A DNA stretch of 63,629 nt, filler included, from Sphacelaria rigidula (Eukaryota), in NCBI GenBank assembly GCA_964200075.2. It is 7 parts of 7 records of this genome, joined end to end, with 100 filler letters (N's around TTAATTAATTAA, not from the genome) between each part and the next. Parts side by side here need not be neighbours in the genome. Positions count along the whole stretch, not along the records: positions 36,420 to 45,423 come from CAXNAA020009541.1; positions 45,524 to 54,526 come from CAXNAA020009542.1; 5 more parts are not named here. One strand, given 5' to 3'. The first letter of the stretch is position 1; every line of letters starts with the position of its first letter. Both the position numbers and the translations under genes were made by a program. Shown here piece by piece: positions 37,283-50,936 of this stretch. Below the pieces are notes generated by a model. It saw nothing but the letters and a program-made list of their open reading frames with translations, had not been told where the DNA came from and ran no database searches.

Positions 37283-40200
37283 GTGCTTCGATGCTACGCT
37301 TCAGCTGCAGGCGTGGTGAAGATGCTGGATTGTCGGACTGTTGTTGTAGCTGCTGCTGCTGCTGCTGCCCTACCGTACATGCGAGTGTTTCATCATGAGG
37401 CGCTAAAAACCACGGCTTCTATTGTAGATTTGAGTCGGCAGCTCAGTTGGGTCGTGGGTTTGAATCTCAGCGCCGTCACACGATCTAGGATTTCACCTCA
37501 CACCATGGCCAAACGTGGAGAGAGATTATGTCGTAATGGTGGACAAAATTCGACAACGCGTGTGTTTTTGGTTTGCGGGGGCAATGAAATCCCCGCGTTC
37601 AATCAAGCTGTGTTCTCGGTTTGCGAAGGCAGTGAGTTCTCCGCGTTCACCTCTGATGGTGTTGCGTTGTTTGTCATGTGTCAAGCCTTTGCATGGGCCT
37701 CTGTCATCGGGACACCTATGTTCCTCTTCTGGCTAGAAACGAGGCAACTCCCTTCATTTTTGGAATCGGCATCATTTTCACTCAAAATTAGTATCGATAT
37801 CATGATCAATTGAGAACCAGGACAGTATGAAACAGCAGCGTGCCGCCCTTCTCCACTGAATGCTCGAGGTGGGGTTGGCACGCCTCGAGCGCGTTTTGAT
37901 CTTGCATGCATATCGCATTGCCTCGATGTCACTACATTTTTTTCTGTCTCTTGTCTGCCGCTGCTACTCAGCAGTACATGCGATTTGTATTTCATGAGGC
38001 ACGGAAAATACCGGTACCTGTTGTTTTTATCTGCAATGGAATCGGTATCAACTTCGGTGGAAACAAAAATACATGACCCCACTGACTACCCTCGCGGTCT
38101 GGGGCCACGACATATATGGCGGTGATGATGTCGAGCCGAGGAGGGAAATGGCGAAAAAGCCAGCATAAACTGATATATCCCCAGCTGTCTCAGCTGACGA
38201 GCAGCTACGGCTTGAGCTGTGTGGTTTTGGTTTGCGGGGCCAGTCAATTCCTCGGGGAAGTTCTCATCGTTTCTCCCGATCCTCGAGACAAGAAACAAAA
38301 CAAAACAAACAAAATCACACCAACTCACAAAGAGAGACGTCAAGGAAACCGAAGCGAAAAAGTCCCACCCGGGTTCATCCAAATGAGGTGAAAACAAATT
38401 CATTGAAGCGGCATCAAGTCAACGGATGCTGATCCTCTTTGTTTGAGGTGGACGCGCGTCTCACACAAAATCATCGTGCTCAGCTCATGAGCTAGCTGCT
38501 GCTACGGCTTTGCCGTACTGTGCCATGTACCATGACGCAACGTACATGAGTATCGCCGGTGCCCATGTCTCTTGGCTGTCGATCCATTGAGCCTGGCGGC
38601 GATAGCCGCCGAAACTATTTGAAGCCCGCTGATAATATGATTAAGTGCACCGCGGGAAACAAAACGGACGGGCGCGACCAGATTTTCGCAAATTTTAATG
38701 AAATGAAAAGAAAAGGCAACTTTTAACTTGTTGAATTTTACGCTCGGTTGCGTTGGAGACCAAGAGTTGAACAGAAAAGCTGGGCATGCTAGGCAGAGTC
38801 GGTACTCCACTGAGCTGGGTCGCACCACCAGCCGTCACCAACACTTTGCCGAAGAAGTGTACGCCGTACGATTTCCCCCTTGTCCCCCGCCGCCGTCCCC
38901 ACAACCCCTTCTGCCCCTGCCACTTCGGCCCGAAGGGGTATATCGGTGGTTTTCTGCAAAACCTGCGAATTCGCCGTTGTTACTTTGTATTTCTTCATCA
39001 GAATGACACCCGTTTCATACAATCTATTTTTGCACACCCGAATCTCGGCTTGGAGATGAACTTTCGGGGTGCGTTGGGGTGAATAAGAAACAGTCGTGCG
39101 CCAGAACCAAATAACATGCATATTTGAAACCAAATCGGACGTCGTGCCGTCCCGTTGCGTGCTGTTGCAACACGCCACCCCAAATGCAGCGATATGGGCT
39201 TGTTGGGTGTGCCCCATATTACATACGGCAGAAGTTTCAGGGCGTTGTAGTACCACCTGCGCACGCACGGCAGTTCGTCGCCGAGCGAGATTCTATGCAG
39301 GCGATATGTGACTGGGTAAATATTTTGTTTAACCCCAATGTGCACGGGGTATCCCGATTCGGATCGATGTTGTTTTCCAGCGCAGCAGCCGCCCAGCTGC
39401 GCACGATGTGGAAGCTAGTACAACAGCGTGCCGAGATATGCATCAAGAGTTCGTGCATAGGAGGGTGGTCTGGGGGCAAGCCGCGTGTGTGGACGACGTT
39501 GCCAAAACTCGCTAATCGCTGTACTACGCCTTGCGCATGAGCAAAACGTACCGCCGATTGGCGCACATGCTCCTTGCCTAGTGTGGTGCCACGTTTTTCG
39601 GCCGGTTATCCACCCCCACGGGGGAGAATTAAAGCAAATTTGCTGTTGATTGGTGCAGTGTTGGCATTCACGTGTACAAAAAGGACACATAAAAGGAGTG
39701 AGTACGACCACTGCAAATGGTACGGGTAGCGTCGCACTGGTATGTCTCCGCGATCGAAGGAATGAATCTTGAGCCCCGAGAGGATGCAATAAGAGTGTCC
39801 ACTCGGCAGGAGAGGGGACGGAGGGCCACCATCGATTCGGGAACTTTGTCAACAGCCAGCGAGCAGAGTACATGTGGGGCCTGTGCAGTGATTAATTGAG
39901 AAAGTCATTTTCTGCAGTTTGAACGCAGACATCCAATATTTTACCGTCAAGAATAATAATGAGATGAGCAACGGAGAGCACCGGACGAAGCACGCGTTAT
40001 GAGAAATTGATGGTCCTTGTAGCCAGAGTATAGAGAGACTACTAATATTCCCACTTGGCCTACGATTTGTCTACAACCTCCAGAGAATATAGCCAGCAGG
40101 AGCAGTGACAGGAGCGATGGCTACTCCACCGCACTGTCCGGTCACGAGCCTCTCTCTTGAGTCACGCACAAACGCACATTTCCGAAAAGAACGCGCGCAC

Positions 40201-40489
40201 TACAACATGAGGACTGCCCGTTCCAAGAAACTTGAGTTTCATCAGAACGTAACGTCTGCTGCTTGTTAAGGCATGGGTGGACAAATAGCACCTTGTAGGA
40301 CGAGCTGCACAGGGTTCTCCACAGTCTTTGTGAAAACCCCTGTGTAACATTTGCAAACCCTAGTACCTGTAATAGCATTTTGTATAGCGTTTTTATCGAA
40401 ACTCTGCAAGCAACCCTGTGGAGAGGCCTTCCCAATTTGGAAAATTCAAAATTATTTTGGTACAAAATCTGTAAATTTATTTTTTCGGG

Positions 40490-40567
40490 ATAGCTTCTCC
40501 TGCTGTCCGAGATAAATTCTTTTCAGCCAGCTAAAAAGAATTTATCTCGGACAGCAGGAGAAGCTAT
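40490..40567. repeat. Perfect 34-bp-arm inverted repeat (hairpin)
   Basis: atagcttctcctgctgtccgagataaattctttt (40490-40523) is the exact reverse complement of 40534-40567. Confidence 0.95.
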
Positions 40568-41859
40568 TCAAAACAGATCTTTTTTTCGCCCAATTCATTT
40601 GGGCAAAAAAGAAATATGTTCCGAACATATCCCGCATACTGCACCGTTATCAATATATGGGATCCGACAAGCAGAAAAAATTGTTGAAAGTAATTCATCC
40701 TTTTGCCCCTTGGTCCATGCACATGGGCTAAAGGATGAATGATTCTCAACAGCTTTGTTTGCTGAATCCAGATCCGATACACGGATGACGATCGAGTGTA
40801 CGTCCACACGCCTACGAGTTTAGATACCACGCTTCCGCTCAAGACGTGGGTGTTGGGATGGCGGAATGTACCTCGCATATGAATTCACATTGCTTTTGAA
40901 AATCCCGTGGTCCGCAGTCTACCAAAATCACTCAACCGACTCGGCTTTTGTTAAGAGAGGTTTTTGAATGATGTTTATTGAAAGCACAAAATTATTTCTA
41001 TGTGAATAACAAAACAGATGGCTCAATAGACAAGCTGGTGCTGTCCCGCGCACTAAATCGTGACAGCATTCCTCACCCCTGCCACTCTTCAACCGTTTTC
41101 TTCTCCCAGCACCATGCCCATGCTGTATGGAGTATATTGTTTGCGTGCTATGAAGGCTGCACAGCATATTAACAGCGATGAATTCTACACGGAGTGATGG
41201 AACCCTGTGAAGCGCCATGTGTGGCACAAAATACTACCCTGCAGTCAAACCCCCGCGAGGAACCCTGCCCAGTTACCCTGAACCCTGTGAAGCGTCTAAT
41301 GGGGCGCAAAAACAAAACTACAGCCAGATCCCCGCGAAAAACCCTGCACAGTTTCCCTGAACCCTGTAGACGTACCCCACTGGGTGCAATTTGTCCAAGT
41401 GTGGGGGGCGATTCACTAATGACACAGGCTTCTAAGAGTAGGGCGCGAACGGGCGGGAACCAGCGTAGCGTGAACAGAAAGGGGGCTATTGAGTGCAGTG
41501 GCACAACATTCAAGTGCGAGCGGCGCCCAAAACACGCGGAAGGATTCTTCGTTCATTTCGTGCCAGCACTTTCAATGATACTCCAATACTGGTTTCCGCG
41601 TTTTCTCTCGCTGTGTTTTTTGGGGGAAAACTATGATGGTTGTCGGGATAAGCCGTGTTGTGCGGGGTGGAAAATCTCATCTCCGCACCAGGGACAGCCG
41701 TACATGATATTTGAATGATGGACACCATGAGGCAGTGTAACCTGTGGCCGTCTCAAGGGGGGTTGGTACCAGAGAATGAACAGAATCATTCGAGGCCTCC
41801 ATCCATATGCGAGATGATTAGCTTCCGGCCAAACAATCCCACCAGGATGCAGCTCACCC

Positions 41860-42006
41860 CTTGTGCAACTCGCCGAGCACATCACTGCACCTCGCTCTAG
41901 CGATTGACCGCGAGCCTGGTACGACGAAACCGCGGCGAGCTCCGTCCCGGCTTCGTTGGGATGCGAGGTCAACGGTCTTGCAACGACGCCATGCAAGATC
42001 ATGAGT
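41860..42006 (+). repeat. ~150-bp interspersed repeat; copies at ~44610-44750 and ~45525-45608
   Basis: Shared tgcaactcgccga...gcgagcctggt...gggat(g/c)cgaggtcaa...atcatgagt. The third copy is partial. Confidence 0.7.
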
Positions 42007-42818
42007 TCCTCCCCTCCGCTAGGGATGCCGCTGACATCAATATCATAAGTTTATGTTACATGTTTTTTCATCAGCCGCCCTGAGCCCTAAAATCTTTCCT
42101 TGCCATTTTTTGGTTGTTGTGAGCGTCGTGATGACATGGGTGTTGTGACCACCTGGAGAACCCCCCTATTCTCGGCAAATCTCAATGCGTGGTTTAGGCT
42201 TCAGCTCCAGCCGAAGGAATTCCGAAACAACCTCCACATACAGTTGAGGGCATTTGAGGGATTCAGCGCAAACGAAACGGGCGCGACAAATAGACAGACC
42301 TGATCATATGCAGTACGGGAGCACGAGCCCCGCATTTAAAATTTTTGAGTGTAAAAGAGCCGGAAAAAATGTTGCGTAGTAAGGCCACGTGAGATATTCC
42401 CGGGATATACTTTTGAAGTATCCCATTGGAGTGTTGTCATGACACACTTGCCATGTGTTCTCGCGTCGCGAATTAAATCGAATCTGTATCTCTTCGTAGT
42501 TATGCCCGATTACTCCATTCCAGACCTGTGGCCATCAGAACGCCTGGTGTTATTGTTGAGCATCATGCTAGCGGAGCTTTGCCTGCTGCCACGCGTACCT
42601 AAAATACTTTGACATGAAGCACATATGGTGGTAAAGCACCGTAAAAATATTGACTTAGCGCCATGTTACCTCGAACTCAAGGTTGTCATTAGACTCACTG
42701 TGGTGATAAACTGCTACGACTACAAATACCCTCGTTCAATCCACCGGTGCTGCTTGCTTCCCATGATGTATTTTTCATCGTCTCTGCCAGACTTTTGACG
42801 AGTGGTATCCTGTCGAGC

Positions 42819-43215
42819 ATGAAGGCGCTCTTGCTCCTTCTATTGTGGCTCACCGCCTTCTTGGGCCCCTCTGCAGGTGGGTTTGGATTATGATCAGCAA
42901 ATGCAGTCGACGGGACTTCGTGTCCTACAAGTGACGGCAGTACAGATGCTTGTGTGATTCGTCTTGTGTTGGATCCGAAGCGAGGTTTGGAAAAACCAGA
43001 GTTGGTTCAATTTTCCAGCATGAGTTAACCTTCACACACTGAAATGCATCGACTGCTCCTCTTGACCGCTAACGCTCGCTAAACCACCTTCTCAAACACA
43101 GCATGAAACTCCGTACATTGGAATGTATTCGCTCCTCCCACATGGCACACCGGTTCGAGTGTCTCTTCACATCCCTCCAGCACAAAAAAACGTCTGCTCT
43201 CGGTCGCGTCGTTCC

Positions 43216-43255
<40 letters not shown>

Positions 43256-43766
43256 TTCCTCTTTTTTTTCCTTCTTTTTTTTTTCTTTTCTCTTTTTCTG
43301 TTGCCGCTGTATTTTTCATGGGTCTCGCTGCTGGGTTTGCTGGGACTGGCGAACTCGCAAGTTGGACCTGTCTCAGGGACGTCGTGTCCCGAGGGGCTGA
43401 CTGATTGGAACGTCTCTACCACGGCCGAAGCTTTGGAACTAAGCGACGCACTGCAATGTTCGGGCCCAGGTCAATTCGAGGTTCATTGGAGCGGCGAGGT
43501 GTTGTTAACACGAACCATTACCATATCGAATGAGAGCTCGGTCGCCGTTTGGGGGCACGGTGCGGGGGAGGCAGTGATCGACGGTGGCGGTGCCGTTCGG
43601 CTCTTCGAGGTCGACGACGGGTCAACGCTACAGCTGAGTAGCCTGTCTCTGGTGGGAGGGTGGGCCGACGAGTATGGAGATGGCGGGGCAGTGATGGTTA
43701 CGAACTCCTCGCAACTGAGAGCTTCGAACTGCTTCTTCATCGGCAACAACGCGACCGATCATGGAG
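42819..43766 (+). CDS. Secreted parallel beta-helix (polymorphic outer-membrane-protein-like/adhesin-like) protein, first two exons
   Basis: Exon 42819-42876 encodes a signal peptide (MKALLLLLLWLTAFLGPSA, phase 1). Exon 43377-43766 reads GTSCPEG...WSGEVLLTRTITI...VIDGGGAVRLFEV...GGAV...FIGNNATDHGG|gtaag. The GGAV and FxxN motifs are typical of Pmp-like repeats. Confidence 0.8.
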
Positions 43767-45423
43767 GTAAGACACGTGTGTCTCAGAAGGTTGTACGAAT
43801 GCTCTCCCCGTATCCCGTGTGATCCAGTACATTATCAACCGCACCCAGCATACTGGGCAGTATCGTACTCCCAGCACCATTTCCCGACAAAACTCCGTAC
43901 AACCCGTGTGTGCGTTGTCACCTCTTGAAAATACCCCACATCGCTTGTATCCGCCAGTATGACGGTGGAGAATAGGGGAGCACATGGCTTTACTGGGCAG
44001 TACCGACGATGCAATACGTGCAAAGTCACTGGTGATACTGAAATAACCTTGAGATGAAATGGCACACAAGGAACGTACACAAATGCAAGGTCTGAAAGGG
44101 CTGTGCATGTATGCATCGTATATGGGCAAAGCCGATAAATTGAAAAATATCGGCGTAGCGCAGCAAGCCGGGCACGCCGGACCAGCGAACAAAGCGTACA
44201 ACGCCTGTTGTGCTATCCCGTTCCCCCTCTCCCCCCACCTGGAACGCCTTATTGAGAGTTGGCGCCGGTTGGTAACGACGCTGTATCACTGCATTTACTG
44301 CGTCAGACAGCCAACAGCTTGGGTTTTCGTGTTTTTTTGCTCGTGTTACGATCTTCGCGGTAACCGTGATGATGGTCGAGTAAGATAATAATATTGTGCA
44401 GGGTGGAGAACCTGAACTATGCGCAAAGGGGATGGTCGTCCTCTGTGGGGTTTCTATCGTGAAACACTTACGGGGCAGTGTGTATCCCGCGACTGTATGG
44501 AAGCAGAGACACCAGAATTTGCAGCAACTCATTCGAAGCTGTCACCCACATGCAAGATAATCAACACGCCTCGGGCCGAACAATCCTGGCCGGACGCAGC
44601 TCGCCCTTCATGCAACTCGCCGAACACAGATCACTGCGCTTCGCTCTCGATGATTGCGAGCCTGGTCCGCGCAAACCCGGCGTGCTCCTGCCCGGCGTCC
44701 TAGGGATCCGAGGTCAATGATCTCATGCCTACGGCATGCACTATCATGAGTAGACACCCCCACCTGGAGAGGGCGGTGTGCTCATTTGTTCCTTGCCTCA
44801 GTCGTTTGACCATTGACCACGCATCCCTTTCGAGATGGAGCACGGTCGCAGAGGGGCCGCCGGAGGCAGGAAGATGAAATGTTGAGCATTTCTTTCTTTG
44901 TATTCCATGAAAAAAACCCGACCCACTGTGCCTTCAAGGGGGCCACTTCCACCATGAAGCACGTGCCCTTTTAAGGGCACACTTCGGCCGCCCAGAGGTG
45001 CCTTAAAAAGGTGTACCCGCATTTTCTAATGTGATGATTGATGATTGGTACTCAACTTTACTTTATTTCAGACCGAAGAAAGTTCTGAGAAAATCCATGA
45101 TTTGGGGCAGATGAGCAGTGATCAGCAATAGACCCAGGTCGTCCAGAACGTGTTTTGGTCCAAAATCGGCTCAAAGGCGTCGATTCGAGCTCTCGCAACG
45201 CACGCTTTACTTAGGACATTCATTATCGTCAAATGAGAAAAATGAGAGGAGGTCTGAATTCCCGGCGATCGCCCAGGGCTCGTTATCATCCAAATATACT
45301 GTTGCTGTTAATTATCTCATTGCAGATAGTGCTGATCTCGTCGTTTGCTTGCCTTCGCCGGCAAAATAAAGGACAGGGTTATGCTACCAGCCGTGTATGG
45401 CGTTCATAACTGTGGCAAACCTA

Positions 45424-45523
45424 NNNNNNNNNNNNNNNNNNNNNNNNNNNNNNNNNNNNNNNNNNNNTTAATTAATTAANNNNNNNNNNNNNNNNNNNNN
45501 NNNNNNNNNNNNNNNNNNNNNNN
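45424..45523. other. Artificial contig spacer
   Basis: N44-TTAATTAATTAA-N44. Confidence 0.98.
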
Positions 45524-46179
45524 CGGCGAAAACCCGTCGCGCTCCGCCCTGGCTTTGTAGGGATGCGAGGTCAACGGTCTGACGACTATGGTATGCATTA
45601 TCATGAGTACACCCATCCTGCTGAACCGCTGTGCCGGCCAGACTCCTAGTTGCAGAGTGAACGGATGGGCTTAGGCGGAGGTGAACTTCTTCTCCTAGTG
45701 AAGAGGAACGCTTACATGGGAAATATAGTTGCCACGCATATACCGCGCATCATATTCATTGACGCACGAGCGACTGTCAGCAGCACGTTGCCGCCTCAAT
45801 ATTGCGAAACAGCAGCGGCGATCACACCAACAGTACATGTGATGCTGAATGTAGGGAAATATCAGCGCGCACAGGCCAACAATGCACGAGCGAAGACAAC
45901 ATGCACCCTCGTCCCTTAAATTCAACACAAGGCTGGTCTGTATTCATTGGTCAAAACCTCTTGTTTTGCATCGCTCCCGTTGACCGCTCATGTCTCCTGA
46001 ACGTCCATCTACGTCCACAACATCCATCCTCGGAGGTACCGGGGTCTGTCGATGAAATAAATTTAGAACAGAACGTATGAGCGGTCGAAGGTTTGATGCC
46101 AGTGAAATCCATTTTTTTTCTTGAACAAAGCCATTAAATATCTTGACACACACCTTGACCTCGTCTTGAACATCTCAAG

Positions 46180-49100
46180 GCTGGGATTTTCATGTACATG
46201 GCGGAGATGCGGACGGTTACCACTCTGTTCGTGAAGCTTGACAGCTACTGCCCTGAAAAGCACAAGAACCTCCTCTCTTTGCAGGTAATTACTCACGACA
46301 CTATAACAATTTTCATGCCACAAATGATTATATTCAGGTCGTGTGAAACGGTCCTTGCGTTCCACATACATTTGATATTGCCCCTCCACATCAATACGTG
46401 CGATTTTGGTATTCATCAATCTGTGTGTAGCTGTGCCTCATCTTGAAAAAAGTGATATCAATGCGACCTTTATGAAGTCGGGACTTGAGTGGGATTTGGG
46501 GTCGCGGCATTCCGTTACTTGTTTCAAAATTGTGCTGGTACAGTATGTTGTCTAGCACGTGCTCTTTATATTCCCGGAATGGCTGGATGGGCGCTATCCC
46601 CGCGTTTGCTTCGGACGAGCGCGTGGGGGGTACATATATTACTGAAATCGTGCTCAGGCAAGTTGTCCGTGCAGATGGAAGTTCAGGCATCCTGAAGGTG
46701 CAAACGCAGTACATCATTCGTACCACAGGAGATGGATCCTAGGAACACGTCAAAGTACGAGCTGCGATCCGTGTCGAAGCAATGTATCGACTCCCTGCCC
46801 TCCGAAAGCACGTGATGTACAGTGCCTCGACCTTCGCCTGGTCGCTAAACTCATTGCCATTGCAGTGTCATGTTTGAAGTGCTTGCGGGACTGGCACCTG
46901 CACTGCGTGCCGAACAACAGCCGCCACGAAGTAAATGCATCTTCGTCGGTGTAACTCAACGTACCCTGGACAGATTCACTTGACCACCGTGCAGAAGATT
47001 TTGGCGGAGCATGAGGGGTTTCTCCGACAATTTCTTGTAGACGACAAGGTAAGGTTTTCCAAGATATTCCGAGATCGCATTGGGGTATTGTTTCCCACTG
47101 ATACCTTTACAGTACGATCGCTCGACATGTGCAGTTGTAAGGACAACGACACCTGAAAAAATCTCAACGATCCCGATAAGGTCTCTTCAGTGGCTTGTGT
47201 TCCCAGTTGTCAAACCAAGGGCGCTTGGAAGCCGAGCTTCCGGTAAAACGGCGCAACCCTGACGAAGCGAGTGCCCGGTGAATGTCTGAGGGGAGGGTTT
47301 TCCAAAGGAGAGTACACTGCGGTGCGGCACAGAGTTCCCGTATTGTACACAGCGTGTCGCAAACGATAATTCATGAAAATTGTAAGGGTCTGGTGCATAC
47401 GTTGGAGCTGCGCGTGACGTTGTGCATTCTAAACCCTCAGCGTACACGCTATTATTACGCCGGAAGCGTTGCCGCTGTTTTGTGAATACTGGCAAGGCGA
47501 ATCCGATGCACCTATTCCCATCATTATTGTCCTTTGAGGTGTGCTGAAACATAATAAACATTCTGCCAACAAGCCGCCCATACTGGTCGCATTTTGGTGT
47601 CATCGTTGTGGTCCACACCAACGACTAACGTAAAGCACAGTAGCCTTTGGTGTTTTCTTGATAGAATGGACAAATGCGCATGCTTGAAGTTCAAACACGT
47701 AAGGACGATTCCAGTTTCGAAGGTGTGTCTGTTGCACGTCGAGTGAACCTCGAGCGAGTCACATACACCGCCTCACACATCTGGAGATAACGCGGCAAAC
47801 GTGGTACGCACTTCGCTCCGGCGAGAATTGCTCCGAGAAGAGTTGCAAGTGAGGGATCACAGTACTAACCTCGGTGTACTATGTACCGTATATATCACCA
47901 TGTCCCGCAACTGGAGGGGTGCGTGTTGATTGCATGTTGGGGGGTGCCTGGGCGGAGCTACCCTGACAACGGCAAGCGCTGCCTGGCTGCTGCGGTGGAA
48001 ATGAAGGCCGGTTTGCTAACCAAGGACATGAAGACTAGCATGGGGGTCACCACAGGTCACGTGGGTAATAGGTTTAAGGGGATTAGTAGCACCGTTGGTA
48101 ATGTGAAAAGTAGCACAGGTGCTGCACGATAATGTACATGCTCAACCAGCGCACCTTTGCGCGGCTGCATTAGCACGGGAGTCAGGTAGTGGAGATGATG
48201 TGGGTGAAGTAACAGGTAACGTATTTCATGATGACGAGTGTCTCCATTTTAAATATCGCGGACGACTCCAGCTGATGCCCAAGAGTGCTCCACGTGTCAA
48301 AGTGTACGACCTTAGTTTCTTCTACAAAAAAGTACCCCTCGTCCCCCGGTGGTGTAATGGTCCTGCTGTCACTATTAGGGTGGAGAGAACGAGGGTTCGA
48401 ATCTCGATGCGTTGGGGGTTTTCTTCGAGGTATCTGATTTCCATCGCCGAAAGTAATAGTACGTGAGTTAACCAAGAGTTGTGACGGAGTTTGTTTGACG
48501 AGAGTTGACGCGGTGGGTAAGTGCTGATTGAGCCCAATTCACGAGACCAAAATGCATGGCGTGTACCGGGGAGAGATGTATGGATCCCTTGAGACCACTG
48601 ATTCGTCCGGGAGGGGCTCCAAGTGCGACAAATTATAAAATAAGAAACAAAAATGAAACCAAGGTACCACTTCTCCGTGGTAGTTGACGTGGGAAATTTA
48701 AACCATAGCAAGGACAATGATCACCTCTATCGTAGAATCTGGGCGACCATAGGACCGGCCAAGCTGTGTGTGCTGTGCCGAAATAGCGTGGAAACGAGTT
48801 GTTTGGGTATGAATTACGGCGGGCGACGCGGCCAAGGCCAGTTATGATGCTAGTGTGCGATTCTTGAGTAACGTCCAGGTGGCAAAGATGTCGAATGGCA
48901 GCGACCGGGGGTGTCAGGATTAATGTCGATCGTGTTAGTCTCAAATCCTGCGTTTGTTTGTTGTGCTAGCTCAATCCCAGGCCTTCAAGGAGCCCCGCAA
49001 AAGTTCTACGATTCGAAACGTCGATATTATTCAACTATTATATCAACTTGGTGCCAGCATGTCTGCAAACAGGGCTAGGAGAAAACTTGCATCACCCTCG

Positions 49101-50936
49101 ATTATTCTCCAACTTTTCCTATTATAAATCACTCCTTTATACCGCAAAAGGGAAGGAAAGGTGAAGAGCAAGGATCTGACGTAAATTTTGTCGTTCCTGC
49201 GTTTTCAAAAGTGAAATGCGTTACGTTTTGTAGAGGTACTTGAAAGCTCCGCATTGCATCTTGTCTCTCCTTTCGTAATCCTGCATTAGTTCTGGACTTG
49301 ACCCCCCACATTTCGGAGGTAGTCGTGGTAATCCACAGCGTGCATGTGCGCTTCATCGTATCGGAGGTTGGCTTAGAGAGGCAATGCTTGGCCGCTAGTT
49401 CTGTTCCCCAGAGTTGAAGAAAAGGGAGACGAAAACTAAATTTGACGAACCTTCAGAGTCCACAATTCCATGGATCGAGGCAGGGCTTGTTGTAGGTCAA
49501 TATACCCCTCCTGAAGGCTGTGCGTTTCCGCATCGCTAAGTTATCAGTTCGCCCAAGTTAATCGCGTGACCAAAATTCCGAAAATGTCAAGACATTTGAC
49601 GCAAACCATATACGGAACCCACGAGAGAGAATAAGAGGAGATCGTCAACGCTTGTTGTCCAAGCCTTGACGCAAACTCAAGCGTCGATTTCTTGTTATAT
49701 ATACAAGGATCTACCGAGGATTCACACGGCCCAAGTCCTGACTCTAACCTCAACACCCATCGCTCGTCGGTTTGTCCAACCACCTGTCAACGTGCTGCGT
49801 AATGTGGCGATAATCACGACGACAGATGCATTTTTTATTGTAGTATTGCCGCGTATACTGGTTACAACAGTGAATAATCATAACGGGTATAGTGGTAGGA
49901 CTGTTGCTGATAAAAACGGCGATGGTGATTGATCACAAGAATGTTGAAAATGATAATAACATGAACCTGTTTCAAGTAACAAAAATGGTGGGAACAAGCA
50001 GAGTAATGTCAGCAGCAGCTCCAACGGGTCCTAGAGATATGCGTGTGAAACACCTCCCACCCTTCATCAGGCTCTGTGTGGACGTGTTGGGGGCAAGATC
50101 CGATCTGAATACGCCATGGTGGGGGATGTCATCAACCTAGCGGCAAGGCTCATGGGGAAGGCGAAGGGCCGCATCGTTTGTGATGAGGTCACACACGACT
50201 TGGTGAGTCAATAACGTGTTCTGAAATCTTACACATCCGTTTCGTGTGAGTGCGACGATTCGTCGGCGTAACTTACGCTGTGTCTGAACCCGGTGTTATG
50301 CCTGGATGTACTCTATAAAAGAGTCGCGATTGCTTTTCCGCCAAAAGAAAACACATAGTTGCTGTACCCTACTTCGTATGTACCTCAACAGACGCACATG
50401 GTCGCTAAGCGTAAATCTGTGCAACCAAGCAGCCATGTTGTTGGTCGAAATGTTTCAAACGCCGGCCGATTCGTTTTCTAAACCCAGCAGCACAAAACAC
50501 ACCGAATAAATATCAAAACAATGCCGTGCGAAAACATCGACTGTCTAATAGGTGATGCTTTCGCTCTCAGCATCCAATGACACCAGCGCCACATGCAAAA
50601 CAGTCATTCATATGTTGCACGACACGCCCTTGGTGTGTAGAGCAACCGTGTGTGTGACCAGAGTGCCGCTCGCGTTTTTGGAGTGCAGAAAGTGCGCGTG
50701 CTTCCGCGATCAAACTGCCACGGTATAATTTAACGGCCGTTTGTTTTCTCGTTCTCGCTAAAAAGGTGTGCACAATGGTAAGCACAGAAACCTTGTTCAA
50801 ACGTTTGGACCCGATGGTGCTGAAGGGGAAAGCGCACCCCATAGCACCGTTTGTGTGTCTGGCGCAGCAGGGCTCAGACATGTGGGAAACGCATAAGCAG
50901 ACAAGAATGGTGGGGCGAGCACAACTGCAAAACTCG
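46180..50936 (+). CDS. Class III nucleotide cyclase, soluble adenylyl cyclase (ADCY10/sAC)-like second catalytic domain, internal fragment
   Basis: Phase-0 exons 46180-46284 (YMAEMRTVTTLFVKL), 46974-47048 (EGFLRQFLVDDK), 47917-48060 (GCVLIACWGVP...MGVTTGH), 50071-50202 (ALCGRVGGKIRSEYAMVGDVINLAARLM) and 50766-50936 (LKGKAHPI...MVGR). The DDKG and GDxxNLAARLM motifs are characteristic of this family. Confidence 0.9.
48338..48645 (+). mobile_element. tRNA-headed SINE-like element (family S2) in a cyclase intron
   Basis: A-box-like TGGTGTAATGG and B-box GGTTCGAATC, no closable cloverleaf, and an A-rich end. It is single copy here, so the 3' end is uncertain. Confidence 0.5.

Noticed and set aside
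38760-39720. Possible decayed coding or transposase fragment on the minus strand
   Set aside because: It looks codon-like in places but has no recognisable motif or consistent splice structure. BLASTX would be needed.
42819-50936. Adhesin-like ectodomain fused to an adenylyl cyclase (receptor cyclase)
   Set aside because: The two parts are separated by an artificial spacer, and nothing shows they are one gene.
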